Shown: positions 1-9,147 of the stretch, piece after piece
How the letters are laid out: each line of letters begins with the position of its first letter
How positions within the stretch are numbered: position 1 is the first letter of the stretch
Program-made: the position numbers and the translations under genes
Notes under the pieces: model-generated
The model's database searches: none
What the model was told of the DNA's origin: nothing
Seen by the model: only the letters and a program-made list of their open reading frames with translations
NCBI GenBank assembly: GCA_039588295.1
Contig: JBDHAB010000028.1
Location: 1 to 40,191, forward strand
Source: Gemmatimonadota bacterium
Lineage (GTDB): Bacteria > Gemmatimonadota > Gemmatimonadetes > Gemmatimonadales > GWC2-71-9
DNA: 40,191 nucleotides
Direction: 5' to 3'

Positions 1-1
1 G

Positions 2-1400
2 AACACGGGGACGGCCGTGGGAGAGGGTGGCACGATCCTGCGTACCACCGATGGCGGCGCTACATGGGCGGGCCAGACCAGCGGAACAACGGATAACCTC
101 CTCGGTGTGTTCTTCACGGATGCGAACACGGGGACGGCCGTGGGAGGGGGTGGCACGATTCTGCGGACGACCGACGGCGGTGCCAATTGGATAATGCAGA
201 CCGTTGGTACGAGCTATCTCTGGGACGTCTTCTATACGGATGCGAGTACTGGCACGGCCGTAGGAGACGATGGAACGATCCTGCGAACGACCGATGGCGG
301 TGCCAATTGGGCCGCCCAGACCAGCGGCATCGCTAGGGACCTCTACGCCGTCTTCTTCACGGACACCAACACGGGGACGGTCACGGGATGGGGCGGCAAT
401 ATTCTTCGGACCACCGATGGCGGCGCCACCTGGGTTGGCCAATCCGGTGGGGGGCAGTATGGCCTCTTTGGAGTTTCCTTCACGAATGCCAACACGGGGA
501 CGGCCGTGGGTGAAGGAGGCACGATCGTGCGGACGACCGATGGCGGGACCACGTGGACGAGCCAGACCAGTGGCAGCCCATGGGCGCTATGGGAGGTCAC
601 GTTCACCGATACCCACACGGGGGTCGCCGTTGGGAATGCCGCCATTCTCCGAACGACGGACGGCGGCACGACCTGGGCCAGCCAGCCGCAAGGTGGAATC
701 ATGTTTGGCCTTTCCTTCAGCGATGTCAACACGGGAACGGCCGTGGGGTGGAACGGTACGATCCTGCGGACGACCGACGGCGGGGTCACCTGGGTGAGTC
801 AGGTCAGCGGTACGACAAACTTCCTCCGTGGCGTCTCCTTCACGGATGCCAACACGGGAGCCGTCGTGGGAGAAGTCGGTACCATCCTCTGGACCACAGA
901 TGGCGGAGCCACGTGGAACCCCCAATCCGGGGGTGCCGCGCTCGATCTCCGCGATGCCTTCCTCACCGATGCCGTGACGGGCGTTATCGTGGGGCAAGGC
1001 GGCACGATCCTGCGGACCACCGACGGTGGGACCAACTGGGTGAGTCAGACCAGTGGTACGGCAAACTATCTCTATGACGTCGTCTTCAGCGATGCGAACA
1101 CGGGGACAGCCGTGGGACAGGGCGGCATAATCCTTCGGACCACCGATGGCGGGGTGACCTGGAACGGCCAAACAAGCGGGACCGGCCGGACCCTCAACAG
1201 TGTCTTCTTCGTGAGCGCCAATACGGGGACGGCCGTGGGAGATCTCGGCACGATCATCCGGACGACCGATGGCGGGACGACCTGGGTCGCCCAAACCAGC
1301 GGCACTGCGAATACTCTCGAGGGCGTCTTCTTCGCCACTGCCAAGACGGGAACGGCCGTGGGACGCTATGGCACGATCCTGCGGACGGTTACGGGTGGGG
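2..1400 (+). repeat. Intragenic tandem repeats, ~120-126 bp unit
   Basis: Recurring aacacggggacggccgtggg ... acgatcctgcggacgaccga(t/c)ggcgg motif encoding the propeller blades. Confidence 0.85.
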
Positions 1401-1405
1401 AGTGA
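2..1405 (+). CDS. YCF48/BNR (Asp-box) repeat beta-propeller protein, 5'-partial
   Basis: Frame open from the window edge. 11 complete copies plus a terminal partial copy of a ~41-aa repeat GTAVGxxGTILRTTDGGxTWxxQxSG..LxxVxFxDxNT. Stop TGA at 1403-1405. Confidence 0.9.
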   Translation, partial: NTGTAVGEGGTILRTTDGGATWAGQTSGTTDNLLGVFFTDANTGTAVGGGGTILRTTDGGANWIMQTVGTSYLWDVFYTDASTGTAVGDDGTILRTTDGGANWAAQTSGIARDLYAVFFTDTNTGTVTGWGGNILRTTDGGATWVGQSGGGQYGLFGVSFTNANTGTAVGEGGTIVRTTDGGTTWTSQTSGSPWALWEVTFTDTHTGVAVGNAAILRTTDGGTTWASQPQGGIMFGLSFSDVNTGTAVGWNGTILRTTDGGVTWVSQVSGTTNFLRGVSFTDANTGAVVGEVGTILWTTDGGATWNPQSGGAALDLRDAFLTDAVTGVIVGQGGTILRTTDGGTNWVSQTSGTANYLYDVVFSDANTGTAVGQGGIILRTTDGGVTWNGQTSGTGRTLNSVFFVSANTGTAVGDLGTIIRTTDGGTTWVAQTSGTANTLEGVFFATAKTGTAVGRYGTILRTVTGGE

Positions 1406-1425
1406 TGCCTCGGTTACGGCCTCGT

Positions 1426-3468
1426 CTACATGTACCCCAGGGATTTCAATTTCTTGATCGTCTCGGCATCCATCGCATCCGGCCTGAGGTCGAGTCGTTC
1501 TCTCGCTTCCTCGGCCATCTCGTCGTGCGCCGCCAGCATGCTCCGCGCCCTCTCGACCAGGTCCGGGGACTCCTTCGCGATGCAGTGTCTCTCGGCCGGA
1601 TCGTCGCGCATGTTGTAGAGCTCCTCTTCACCGGTCACGAGCGAGTGGATGTACTTGAACTCGTCGAAGATGATCGACACCTTCTCCTCGTAGAACAGAA
1701 GTCCCGTACTCACGATAGGGCGGCCGACGAACGAATCGGGCTCTGTGCCCCAGAGCGGAGCAAGTGAGCCATGCTCGATACCCTCGTCTTCGTAGTCGAC
1801 CTCACACAGACCCATGATCGTCGGCATGACGCTCTCGATGGAAACGAAGTTCTCCCGCGGGCCCGTCGCTTCCGACCCGGGCAACTTGACCATCAGCGGA
1901 ACGCCGATCAACTCGTCGTACAACGTGTGGCCGTGCTCGAAGCCGCCATGATCCCAGAACTCCTCCCCGTGGTCGCTGGTGAACACGATCAGCGACTGCT
2001 CGTACAAGCCGAGGCGAACGAGCGCGTCGATGAGCTTACCGACGTAATCGTCGAGGTAGCGAACCTCGCTGCTGTACAGCGCCTGGAGCCACGCCCGCTG
2101 CGCCTCCGATTCGGCGATGTCGAGCGAGACGCGTTTGGCAGTTTGGTGCATGAACTGTTTGCTCAGGTCTCGGGGCGGTTTCGCCGCTGGGACCAGGCCC
2201 GCGGGTGGTGTGTAGGGCAGGTGCGGATCAATGTAGTGGACCCAGAAGAAGTTGTCCTTGTCCCGATTCGCCTCGAGCCAGTCGACGGACATGCGCGTCA
2301 AGTCGCTGGCCGTGACCTGCGTCTGGTACTCTGCTGGAAACAACCTCCTCAGCACTTTCTCACCGAAGGCGCGCCCGTGCGCGCTGGGCGCGAACACGCG
2401 GAACTCGCTGAACCCCTTGGAAAGGTTCTTGCCACTGAGAATCCCGTTGGTGACGAGCGCCGAGCAGTGATAGCCGTCGTCGCGCATGTGCTCCGCGAGC
2501 GTGGGCATGGCTTTCGGCAACTTCGATCGGAGGCGGTTCGTCCCATGGATCGTCGGGGAAAGCCCGGTCATGATCGAGGCCAACGCGGGAAGCGTCCACG
2601 ACGAGGGGGATATGGCCCGGTTGAAGACGATGGAATCATCGGCGAGACGATCGATGTTCGGCGTGGAGACGCCCGCCGAGCCGTAGCAGGACAACGCGTC
2701 GCGCCGCAGCGTATCGATCGTGATCAGGACGACGTTCTTGATCGAGTGTTGTCGGGTTGAAACCGTCTTGGCCACGTCCTCCTGGCGGTCGCTGACCAAC
2801 GCGATCGCGGGAGCGAGCGCCACGCTTACCGCAAAGACCACCAACAGCACCCTGGGAAACGCGGTGTTGCGAAATCTGTAGAACAGCACGAACGTCAGTA
2901 AGAAGAGAACGCCGAAGCCAAGCGTGACCAACAAGCTCAGGATCGAAGCGAGACCACCGAGCCGATGCATGTGCAGCCACGCGAACGGAAGCGCTTCTGC
3001 CAGCAACAGCGGCAGCGCGAGAAAGAGGGCAACGGCGATCCTCGATACGCGTTCGTTGCCTGCGATTGACTTGGCAGCGAAGTAACACCCGACGGCGGAA
3101 AGAAGCGAGATCAAAAGCCCGTTGAGCGTTCGCAGTAGTCCGGCCGGGGCCGCCAGAGAGAAGCCCAGTATGTTCATGAGTAACGAGAGCGGCCAGGCGA
3201 AACAGGCCAGCGCGACGGCCAAGGGTACGGTGTCGAGCTGGAGCAGACGTCCAAGCGGAGCCACGACCAGAAACCACGCGACGAGGTAGCCAATGAAGAC
3301 GACGCCCGCGGTGGCCAGAAGCGGCGCGAGGAACAAGGAAAAGAATTCGATCCGGTCGGCGCCGTAGACGACGTTCTTGGCGACGTCGAGAACACCCAAC
3401 GAAAGGGCGGCAACCAGGCCAATTGTCGCCGCGTCTTTCAACCAGCGACCGGACACTCTCGGCTTCAC
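1426..3468 (-). CDS. Membrane-anchored sulfatase-like hydrolase/transferase (alkaline phosphatase superfamily)
   Basis: About 6 hydrophobic N-terminal segments, then NVVLITIDTLRRD, SWTLPALASIMTG, HYIDPHLPY, TSDHGEEF, HGHTLY and ELYN..DP.E motifs, ending LKSLGY. Confidence 0.85.
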   Translation of the reverse strand: MKPRVSGRWLKDAATIGLVAALSLGVLDVAKNVVYGADRIEFFSLFLAPLLATAGVVFIGYLVAWFLVVAPLGRLLQLDTVPLAVALACFAWPLSLLMNILGFSLAAPAGLLRTLNGLLISLLSAVGCYFAAKSIAGNERVSRIAVALFLALPLLLAEALPFAWLHMHRLGGLASILSLLVTLGFGVLFLLTFVLFYRFRNTAFPRVLLVVFAVSVALAPAIALVSDRQEDVAKTVSTRQHSIKNVVLITIDTLRRDALSCYGSAGVSTPNIDRLADDSIVFNRAISPSSWTLPALASIMTGLSPTIHGTNRLRSKLPKAMPTLAEHMRDDGYHCSALVTNGILSGKNLSKGFSEFRVFAPSAHGRAFGEKVLRRLFPAEYQTQVTASDLTRMSVDWLEANRDKDNFFWVHYIDPHLPYTPPAGLVPAAKPPRDLSKQFMHQTAKRVSLDIAESEAQRAWLQALYSSEVRYLDDYVGKLIDALVRLGLYEQSLIVFTSDHGEEFWDHGGFEHGHTLYDELIGVPLMVKLPGSEATGPRENFVSIESVMPTIMGLCEVDYEDEGIEHGSLAPLWGTEPDSFVGRPIVSTGLLFYEEKVSIIFDEFKYIHSLVTGEEELYNMRDDPAERHCIAKESPDLVERARSMLAAHDEMAEEARERLDLRPDAMDAETIKKLKSLGYM

Positions 3469-3798
3469 GGGACTACCTCGCTTCTAAGGGCCATAAGAAA
3501 GCGGAAGCGGCGCCCCGGAGGGGGGCCGATCTGACTATACCATAACGAGATGCTCAGGCAAGTTGGCCTTGGTCAATTGGGTGCATCTCACCGGTAGGGG
3601 TAACGGTCTAATTGGCTAGTGCGTAAGGACGAGAAGCCGTAAGATTTCAGATGGAATATATTACCCAAGAACTCGGCAGCCGGTGGTTCGCGAGGATAGC
3701 GTCGTATTCGCGCTTGCCGCCAAGCACATCAGTTTGGCTGAGCTCGACGGCATGGAGAAGCGCCTCCCGAAGTCAAGGTGCGACTGCGCGACTAGGCG

Positions 3799-3827
3799 TT
3801 GAAAACGGATCGGGCGCGTGGTAGAGT
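3799..3827 (+). promoter_or_regulatory. Putative sigma70 promoter of the moa operon
   Basis: TTGAAA-N17-TAGAGT with an extended TGn, about 20 nt upstream of the riboswitch-like leader. Confidence 0.5.
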
Positions 3828-3847
3828 CAACATATATAGTCTGAACG

Positions 3848-3966
3848 TTCTCCGATTTCGGGCTCCTACAGCGCCCCAGCGGCGCCACGGGGCACGAAAC
3901 GGGGCGGTGCCGGAAACAGCGCCGCCTTCCGAATCGCGGACGACCGCGACGAATTGAAAAGGAGAA
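3848..3966 (+). ncRNA. Moco/Tuco RNA motif (molybdenum/tungsten cofactor riboswitch), P3-less form
   Basis: P1 TTCTCC(3848-53)/GGAGAA(3961-66) sequesters the moaA SD. P2 TTTCG.GCTCC/GGGGC.CGAAA carries CCTA..CACGG. P4 GGGGCGGTGC/GCGCCGCCTT has a GAAA loop. The 3' part reads CGCCTTCCG...GAAAAGGAG. It lies directly upstream of moaA. Confidence 0.7.
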
Positions 3967-3970
3967 GACC

Positions 3971-4981
3971 GTGGCCTCAAATGCCCAACTCGTGGACCGT
4001 CTCGGCCGTCGGGTATCCACGGTTCGAATCTCGCTCACGGACCGCTGCAATTTCCGCTGTGCTTACTGCATGCCGCCCGAAGGTGTGCCGCTTGAACCCA
4101 GGCCAGAGTACCTCACCATAGACGAGCTCGAGCGCGTCGTGCGGCTGACGGGGCAGCTCGGTGTCACCCGCTACCGTCTGACCGGCGGCGAACCGCTCCT
4201 ACGCCCCGACATCGTCACTATTGTCGAACGACTGAGCGCTATCGACACGGTAAAAGAGCTCTCTGCCACCACCAACGCAAGCCTCTTGCAGCGCCTTGCG
4301 GCTCCGCTACGCAAAGCGGGTCTGAACCGAATCAATGTCAGCCTCGACAGCCTCGACAGCGAGCGTTTTTCCATCGTTACTCGCAGCAAGATGTATCAGC
4401 GGGTTCGTGACGGCATCGAAGCCGCGATCGACGCAGGATTCCCCCTCAAGATCAACGTGGTCGTGATGGCGGGAATGACGCCGAGAGAAATTGTGGACTT
4501 TGCTCGGATGGCCGAGAAGCGCTCGCTCGAAATCCGCTTCCTCGAGTTTATGCCGCTGTGCGGATCGGGATGGGGTGCCGAGCGCGTCTTGCCGATTAAC
4601 CGTGTGCGTGGAATCATTCAGGAACACTTTGAGCTGTCCGAGCTGCCGCGCACGGACCAGCCGGCGCAGACATTCGCGATTTCGAGGAGCGGCGGCCGTG
4701 TTGGGTTTATCGCTCCTCTGTCAGAACCGTTTTGTAGGAATTGCTCGCGCATCCGCATAACCGCCGCGGGCCGCATCAGGCCGTGCCTCTTTTCGCACGT
4801 CGAGTTCGACCTGGGCCCGCTCGTCAGGGGTGGCGCCTCCGACAAGCACGTCATTGCCGCGATACGAGAAGCCGTCTGGAACAAACCGGCTGGAAGCGAG
4901 TTCAACGAAACGCCGTTTCACCCCGGCGAGAGCGAAAGGCGTTCCACGACGGGTCCGCTGATCCGCAACATTGGAGGGTGA
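3971..4981 (+). CDS. moaA: GTP 3',8-cyclase MoaA (radical SAM)
   Basis: RISLTDRCNFRCAYCMP, RLTGGEPLLR, FCRNCSRIR..G.IRPCL, C-terminal IGG; GTG start after AAGGAG. Confidence 0.97.
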   Translation: MASNAQLVDRLGRRVSTVRISLTDRCNFRCAYCMPPEGVPLEPRPEYLTIDELERVVRLTGQLGVTRYRLTGGEPLLRPDIVTIVERLSAIDTVKELSATTNASLLQRLAAPLRKAGLNRINVSLDSLDSERFSIVTRSKMYQRVRDGIEAAIDAGFPLKINVVVMAGMTPREIVDFARMAEKRSLEIRFLEFMPLCGSGWGAERVLPINRVRGIIQEHFELSELPRTDQPAQTFAISRSGGRVGFIAPLSEPFCRNCSRIRITAAGRIRPCLFSHVEFDLGPLVRGGASDKHVIAAIREAVWNKPAGSEFNETPFHPGESERRSTTGPLIRNIGG

Positions 4982-4982
4982 G

Positions 4983-5885
4983 ATGAAATCCGTCACTTCG
5001 AAGACCACCACGCTTCGGCGAGCCACCGCCTCTGGACGCGTCAATGCGTCGCCCGAATCGATCCGGCGCCTGCAAGCCAACGACCTCCCCAAGAAAGACG
5101 TGCTCGTTGTCGCGCGAGTGGCGGCGGTGGCCGCGGCCAAGAAGACACCCGACATCATTCCTTACTGTCACCCACTCCCCATCGACGCTGTCGACGTTTC
5201 ATTCGACGTTGCCGACGGCCAAGTCGTGATTACGGCCTCGGTAGAGGCGATCTGGAAAACGGGGGTCGAGATGGAGGCGCTGACAGCGGTGAGCGTTGCG
5301 GCGCTCACCATCTACGACATGCTCAAGCCCGTGGACAAGAGCATCGAGATCACGTCGATTCAGCTGGATTCCAAGCGCGGGGGCAAGACGGAGTTTCGGG
5401 ATCGCCCGCCGAGACAGTTTACGGCGGCTGTCATCGTCACGTCGGATGGCGTCCGGGAGGGCAAGCGCGAGGACCGCTCGGGAGTCGTCATCAGGGAACG
5501 GCTCGAGTCGCTCGGGATCACGCCCGGATACGTAGTCCTTCCCGACGACGAAGAACTCATCATTGAGGCGCTGCGCTCGTTCATCGCGCAGGGGACGGAC
5601 CTAGTTGTGACCACGGGAGGAACCGGGTTGGGTCCGCGCGACCTGACGGTTGAAGCCACGCGCAAGGTGATTGAACGCGAGATTCCCGGAATTGCCGAAG
5701 CGGCTCGTGCGCACGGGCAGGCGCGCACGCCCTACGCAATGCTGTCGCGCGGGCTGGCGGGTATCAGCGGCCGCACGATTATCGTTAATTTACCGGGATC
5801 GTCGAAAGGCGCAGAGGAATCACTGGACGCACTCTTCCCCGCGCTGCTTCACGCTTACCCTATGATTCGTGGGGGTGGGCACTGA
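4983..5885 (+). CDS. moaCB: Bifunctional MoaC/MoaB(Mog) molybdenum cofactor biosynthesis protein
   Basis: MoaC motifs AAKKTPDIIPYCHP and TGVEMEALTAVSVAALTIYDMLK, followed by Mog/MoaB motifs DRSG, TTGGTGLGPRDLT and NLPGS. Confidence 0.93.
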   Translation: MKSVTSKTTTLRRATASGRVNASPESIRRLQANDLPKKDVLVVARVAAVAAAKKTPDIIPYCHPLPIDAVDVSFDVADGQVVITASVEAIWKTGVEMEALTAVSVAALTIYDMLKPVDKSIEITSIQLDSKRGGKTEFRDRPPRQFTAAVIVTSDGVREGKREDRSGVVIRERLESLGITPGYVVLPDDEELIIEALRSFIAQGTDLVVTTGGTGLGPRDLTVEATRKVIEREIPGIAEAARAHGQARTPYAMLSRGLAGISGRTIIVNLPGSSKGAEESLDALFPALLHAYPMIRGGGH

Positions 5886-6634
5886 TGGAAACGCTCCCGT
5901 TCTGGCTGCCGTTACTTTTCTTTTTGATCGCGACATTCTACGCGACCGTGGGTTTTGGTGGGGGATCGTCGTACCTTGCCGTGCTCGCGTTGATCGGTCT
6001 TCCGTACACCACAATTCCGCAAACGGCGCTCGTGTGTAACCTCGTCGTCAGCGGTGGGGGCGTGTGGCACTTTCATAGAGGGCGCCATCTCGAGTGGCGC
6101 CGCGTTTTGCCGCTCGTGGCTCTGTCTGTACCCATGGCTTATCTTGGCGGCCGAATACCCATCGGCAAGCAGGTATTCCTGCTCTTGTTGGGCGTCTCTT
6201 TGTTTGTCGCCGGCACGCGAATGTTCCTCCCGCTGAAACGCCGCGGCTTGTTGTCGTCGACTTCAACGCGCGCGGTGTGGCTCGTGGGCCTGCCGCTGGG
6301 CGCGGCCTTGGGATTCCTCGCGGGCATCGTCGGTATCGGCGGCGGGATATTTCTCGCGCCGTTACTAATACTAACGGGGTGGGGCGACGCACGCGCCACG
6401 GCCGCCGCGTCATCCGTATTCATCCTGGTGAACTCCGCCGCCGGCCTTACCGGTCAGTTGGCCAAAGGCGTTTATCTCGACGCCATGATTCTTCCCCTGG
6501 TTCTGGCCGTCTTTCTCGGGGGACAGATTGGCTCCCGACTGGGATCCTACCAGCTCGGCGTCGTCCGCGTGCAGCGCCTGATCGGAGCGCTGATTCTGCT
6601 TGTGTCGGTGCGAGTTCTTTTGGGGGCGGCATGA
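5885..6634 (+). CDS. TauE/SafE (TSUP) family membrane transporter
   Basis: About 8 TM helices with duplicated VGFGGG / VGIGGGIFLAP motifs; coupled to moaCB (TGATG) and moeA (ATGA). Confidence 0.9.
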   Translation: METLPFWLPLLFFLIATFYATVGFGGGSSYLAVLALIGLPYTTIPQTALVCNLVVSGGGVWHFHRGRHLEWRRVLPLVALSVPMAYLGGRIPIGKQVFLLLLGVSLFVAGTRMFLPLKRRGLLSSTSTRAVWLVGLPLGAALGFLAGIVGIGGGIFLAPLLILTGWGDARATAAASSVFILVNSAAGLTGQLAKGVYLDAMILPLVLAVFLGGQIGSRLGSYQLGVVRVQRLIGALILLVSVRVLLGAA

Positions 6635-7857
6635 TCACTCCCCAACAGGCCATGCGTCACGTCACGAGTCGTTGCGTACCGCTCGACACGACAACCGTCC
6701 CGCTCGATTTGGCGCTGGGGCACGCGCTGGCCGAGGACATACGCGTGCCGTTTCCGCTGCCGCGCTTCGATAACTCGGCCATGGACGGTTTTGCGGTGAG
6801 GTCCCACAACACGGCCGCGGCCGTTTCCGGGAATCCGGTCCGGCTGACAATCAAGAGCACCGTGTACGCCGGCGCGCGAAAGGGCACGCTGAGAAGCGGA
6901 CAAGCCTGCCGCATCATGACGGGCGCGCCGCTGCCGCGAGGCGCCGACGCCGTGATCCCGGTTGAAGATGTACTCGTCGACGCGGGCGCGCTCGTAATCG
7001 AAGAACCCGTCGAAAAGTACCGGCACGTCCGCCGGCGGGGGGAAGAGGTTCGCGCGGGTGCGCGGATCGTAAAGAAAGGCACCTTGGTCCACCCCGGTGT
7101 CATAGCGTGTTTGGCGTCGGTAGGCAGGAACGACGTTTCGGTGGTGCGGCGCCCGCGTGTGGCCGTGATCGCGACGGGCGACGAAATGGTATCGCCGGGC
7201 GGGGCCCTCGACGACGGGCAGATCTACGACAGCAACTCCCACATGCTGACCGCGATGCTGCACCAAATGGGCATCCAGCCCGCGCGCGTGCGATCGGTGG
7301 GCGACCGCCGAAGCGCCCTGCTGAGCGCGGTTCGATCGGCGCTGGATCGGTGCGACGTGCTGGTAACGTCCGGTGGCGTGTCGATGGGCGAGCATGATTT
7401 TCTGCGGTCAGTGCTCGACGAGTTGGGGGTGGAGGAAGTGTTCTGGCGAGTACGTCAGAAACCTGGAAAGCCGCTCTACTTCGGCGTGCGCGATCGAAAG
7501 TACGTGTTCGGGCTCCCCGGAAACCCAGCCAGCGCGTTCGTGTGTTTCTACGTCTACGTATACGCCGCGTTGGAAAGACTCTCGGGAATGGAAGATCGCG
7601 CCGGCCTGGTCGAGGATCCGCGCGCGATCACCGACGCATTCACCGCTGATGGTAAGCGTTGGCTTCTCCTGCGCGGCCAAAACCGGGACGTGTGCACGGG
7701 CCAGGTCGCGCGGCTCCCCAGACAAGCGTCGCACATGGTCACGACTCTCGCCGACACCGACTGTTTGATTGTCGTGCCGGGCGACGGCGCGCGCGTTCGT
7801 CGGGGCCAAACACTTCCCACGTTACGCCTTCCGCACGCAAGGGAGAAGCGCAAGTGA
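6631..7857 (+). CDS. moeA: Molybdopterin molybdotransferase MoeA
   Basis: PRFDNSAMDGFAV, RIMTGAPLPRGADAV, ATGDE, IYDSN, SGGVSMG, KPGKP, GLPGNP; ATG at 6631 overlaps the upstream stop. Confidence 0.95.
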   Translation: MITPQQAMRHVTSRCVPLDTTTVPLDLALGHALAEDIRVPFPLPRFDNSAMDGFAVRSHNTAAAVSGNPVRLTIKSTVYAGARKGTLRSGQACRIMTGAPLPRGADAVIPVEDVLVDAGALVIEEPVEKYRHVRRRGEEVRAGARIVKKGTLVHPGVIACLASVGRNDVSVVRRPRVAVIATGDEMVSPGGALDDGQIYDSNSHMLTAMLHQMGIQPARVRSVGDRRSALLSAVRSALDRCDVLVTSGGVSMGEHDFLRSVLDELGVEEVFWRVRQKPGKPLYFGVRDRKYVFGLPGNPASAFVCFYVYVYAALERLSGMEDRAGLVEDPRAITDAFTADGKRWLLLRGQNRDVCTGQVARLPRQASHMVTTLADTDCLIVVPGDGARVRRGQTLPTLRLPHAREKRK

Positions 7858-8099
7858 AAGTCGACGTGCTGTTGTTCGCGCAGCTCCGGGACGCGATCAG
7901 CGCCGATCACCTGGAGCTCGAGGTGGAGGATGGGACCACGGTGTCGCAGTTGGCGGAGGAGCTCATGGCATCGCGAGGCGACGAGCGCGTCAGAGGTTTG
8001 CCGCTTCGCTATGCCGTGGACGAGACGTTTGTTTCCGACGATTATCGTTTGCGCGACGGAGACAGCGTTGCTCTGATCCCGCCCGTATCCGGAGGCTGA
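7854..8099 (+). CDS. moaD: Molybdopterin synthase sulfur carrier subunit MoaD
   Basis: GTG start, VKVDVLLFAQLRD ... DGDSVALIPPVSGG with C-terminal GG. Confidence 0.93.
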   Translation: MKVDVLLFAQLRDAISADHLELEVEDGTTVSQLAEELMASRGDERVRGLPLRYAVDETFVSDDYRLRDGDSVALIPPVSGG

Positions 8100-8100
8100 C

Positions 8101-8529
8101 GTGAGCGCTCCGAGCTCATCGAACGACACAACCGTCGAAATCACCGATGACGTCATCGATGCCGCCGCCTTCGTGGGTCAGCTCCGGCCGGACAGCGGTG
8201 CCGTGGTCACGTTTTCCGGCGTCGTACGCAACCACAACGACGGCCGCGAAGTCGAAAGAATTCACTACGATTGCTACCGTGAGATGGCCCAGCGCGAGGG
8301 CGAGCGCATCGTCAACGGCATCAAAGAGCAGTTCGACGTGCGGGCCGTGCGGCTAGTGCACCGCGTGGGGGATCTCAACGTGGGTGAGGTGTCGTTGCTG
8401 GTCGTCGTCACCGCGGCCCATCGCGGCGACGCTTTTGCGGCGATCGAAGCGCTCGTCGGGCTGGTCAAGGAACGGCTGCCAATCTGGAAGAAGGAGCGCT
8501 ATGCCGACAAAGAGTCCAAATGGCTCTGA
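8101..8529 (+). CDS. moaE: Molybdopterin synthase catalytic subunit MoaE
   Basis: GAVVTFSGVVRNHN, HRVGDL.VGE, AHRGDAF, PIWKKE. Confidence 0.95.
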   Translation: MSAPSSSNDTTVEITDDVIDAAAFVGQLRPDSGAVVTFSGVVRNHNDGREVERIHYDCYREMAQREGERIVNGIKEQFDVRAVRLVHRVGDLNVGEVSLLVVVTAAHRGDAFAAIEALVGLVKERLPIWKKERYADKESKWL

Positions 8530-9094
8530 CGCGCCGGAGCGAATCCCCGTTTATATTTTGGCGGGCGGTCACAGCCGCCGTTTTGGTAGTGACAAGGCGC
8601 GTGCGCCGGTAGGCGGCGTGGCGATGATCTTGGAACTGGCTGCCGCGCTTTCGCCCGTGGCTTTTTCAATAACCGTCGTCGCCGCCGAGCCCGGTGAGTA
8701 CGACGACCTCGAGCTGGTGACGATCGGCGACGTGATCGCTGACAAAGGTCCCGCGGGCGGGATATTGACCGCGCTCCGGCATAACGAAGCGGGCGACGGC
8801 GCGGATTGGGTGCTGGTCAGCGCGTGCGACTGGGTGGGCGTCCGTCCGGAGTGGGTGCGTGAGCTGCTCGCGGCGCGTCGCGACGAAACTCACGCCGTTG
8901 CGTTTCGCTGGGATCGCTTCGAACCGCTTTTCGCGCTCTACCATCGCTCGGCGCAGGCGCCCCTGGCGTCCTCCGTAGAGTCCGGCCAACTCCAAATGCA
9001 GTCTATACTTAGCTTGATGTCGACGGTTTCGCTTCCGACTCCGGATGGTTGGGGCGACGCCACCAACATCAATCGCCCCTCCGACATCGCATGA
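8501..9094 (+). CDS. mobA: Molybdenum cofactor guanylyltransferase MobA
   Basis: ILAGGHSRRFGSDKA, GPAGGI, ACD, EPLFALY, NINRP; AAGGAG upstream of ATG 8501. Confidence 0.88.
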   Translation: MPTKSPNGSDAPERIPVYILAGGHSRRFGSDKARAPVGGVAMILELAAALSPVAFSITVVAAEPGEYDDLELVTIGDVIADKGPAGGILTALRHNEAGDGADWVLVSACDWVGVRPEWVRELLAARRDETHAVAFRWDRFEPLFALYHRSAQAPLASSVESGQLQMQSILSLMSTVSLPTPDGWGDATNINRPSDIA

Positions 9095-9147
9095 CGCAGC
9101 CCTGCGTTCAGCCGCGTATGACCATTCGGCTCGCTTGAGGGCGCGGG

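Noticed and set aside
2..1400. Regular DNA repeats as a possible CRISPR array
   Set aside because: The repeats are in-frame, degenerate at third codon positions and encode propeller blades. There is no repeat-spacer structure and no cas gene.
3828..3847. CATATATAG as a ModE box
   Set aside because: Only a half-site; the second TATAT arm is missing
6094..6630. Long N-terminal extension of moeA in the ORF track
   Set aside because: It overlaps the TSUP gene in another frame. MoeA similarity starts at ATG 6631.
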